Below, one piece after another: positions 63,131-64,000 of a stretch of 64,000 nt of DNA. The translations under genes and the position numbers were made by a program. Within the stretch, counting starts at the first letter, position 1; the number at the start of each line of letters is the position of its first letter. Source of the stretch: Antechinus flavipes (taxonomy: Eukaryota); the NCBI RefSeq assembly GCF_016432865.1, contig NC_067400.1, positions 166,160,001-166,224,000 on the forward strand, read 5' to 3'. The notes under the pieces are model-generated. The model worked only from the letters and a program-made list of their open reading frames with translations. It was not told the origin of the DNA and made no database searches.

Positions 63131-64000
63131 TTGATTAACTTTCCTTTATATTAACTCTGTTTCATGGGTGGAAAAGTCCCTGAAATGTCTAGAATAGAAA
63201 GTTGAAAATAGGAATAGGATAGAGACTGCTACCTCCTCTTATGTCTTCCCATAGTGTTTTCTGTCAGCAAACTGAAATGGAGTTGACCACTTCCATCTCC
63301 TTCACATTGCCCACAGTGACTCAGAACTTAGAGTCATAAAAACTCATATTTCTGAATCCCGAGGTCTCTTATCTCTCATTACCTCTGTTCTTCCCCTTAC
63401 GTAGGGCAGGTTCTTCATCTCTACCAATAGGCTTTGAGACAGAAGTTTTATATGCATGTATGTGTTTGTATGCATATATATATGATAAGATACATGGTAT
63501 CTATATATACAGTACATAAATATACATGTGAGTATATACACATACATACATATAAAACCAAATTTTTATATTATAATATATACTATACACATATATGTAA
63601 AAATGTAAAGCATATATACATATATGATACATAGCATAATGGAAAGATTACTAATAAAGAACCTCAGTGCAAATCTCACCTCTAATACATACTCATTGTG
63701 TGACTTCAGGAAATTCCTTTAGCATTCATACACCTCAGTTTCCTTACCTATAAATAAAAGGAATTTAAATTAGATGTCTTCTAAGTTTCCTTTTGGTTAT
63801 TCATCTATGATGTTATAATCTGCCATAACTGGGTAAAATAGAAGAAACAAGAAAGCAGAAATGTTAATAATTAATACTGACAATGAAAAAAAGTTGATAA
63901 ACTAACACGACTACACATACACATAGAACACATATATGATAATAGCTATTTTTAGTGTGGCTTTATTTCAAGTGACTATGTTGAACTGTATTAATTTTTT

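Overview
AT-rich, repeat-dense mammalian genomic DNA. The repeat content (Mar1/WSINE-type CORE-SINEs, RTE LINE, marsupial-type L1 UTRs) indicates a marsupial, probably a dasyurid; the species is inferred, not shown. The only convincing protein-coding sequence is at the left edge and is missing from the supplied ORF track because it runs off the window. It is an intronless minus-strand TRIM gene (RING, B-box2, coiled coil, PRY/SPRY; TRIML1-like), with ATG at 1208 and 402 uninterrupted codons. It sits in a small birth-and-death cluster with an orphan duplicate of its own promoter/5'UTR/ATG (1702-1880) and a paralog that has lost about 1.23 kb (2820-3950). The rest is intergenic or intronic: at least eight LTR-like elements (mostly solo LTRs with target-site duplications, TSDs), L1/L2/RTE relics, SINEs, microsatellites and two assembly gaps. 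The most unusual observations are: two SINEs whose same internal segment is replaced by sequence copied from about 1.1-1.2 kb upstream; a TSD-flanked internal L1 ORF2 fragment; a 5'-only L1; an ORF2-less (HAL1-like) L1 carrying a four-level nested insertion; and a candidate RFX X-box promoter/first exon near 48.9 kb. I found no CRISPR arrays, rRNA or tRNA genes, and nothing I can defend as a wholly new biological system. All alignments were done by eye, and repeat family names are from memory of consensus sequences.
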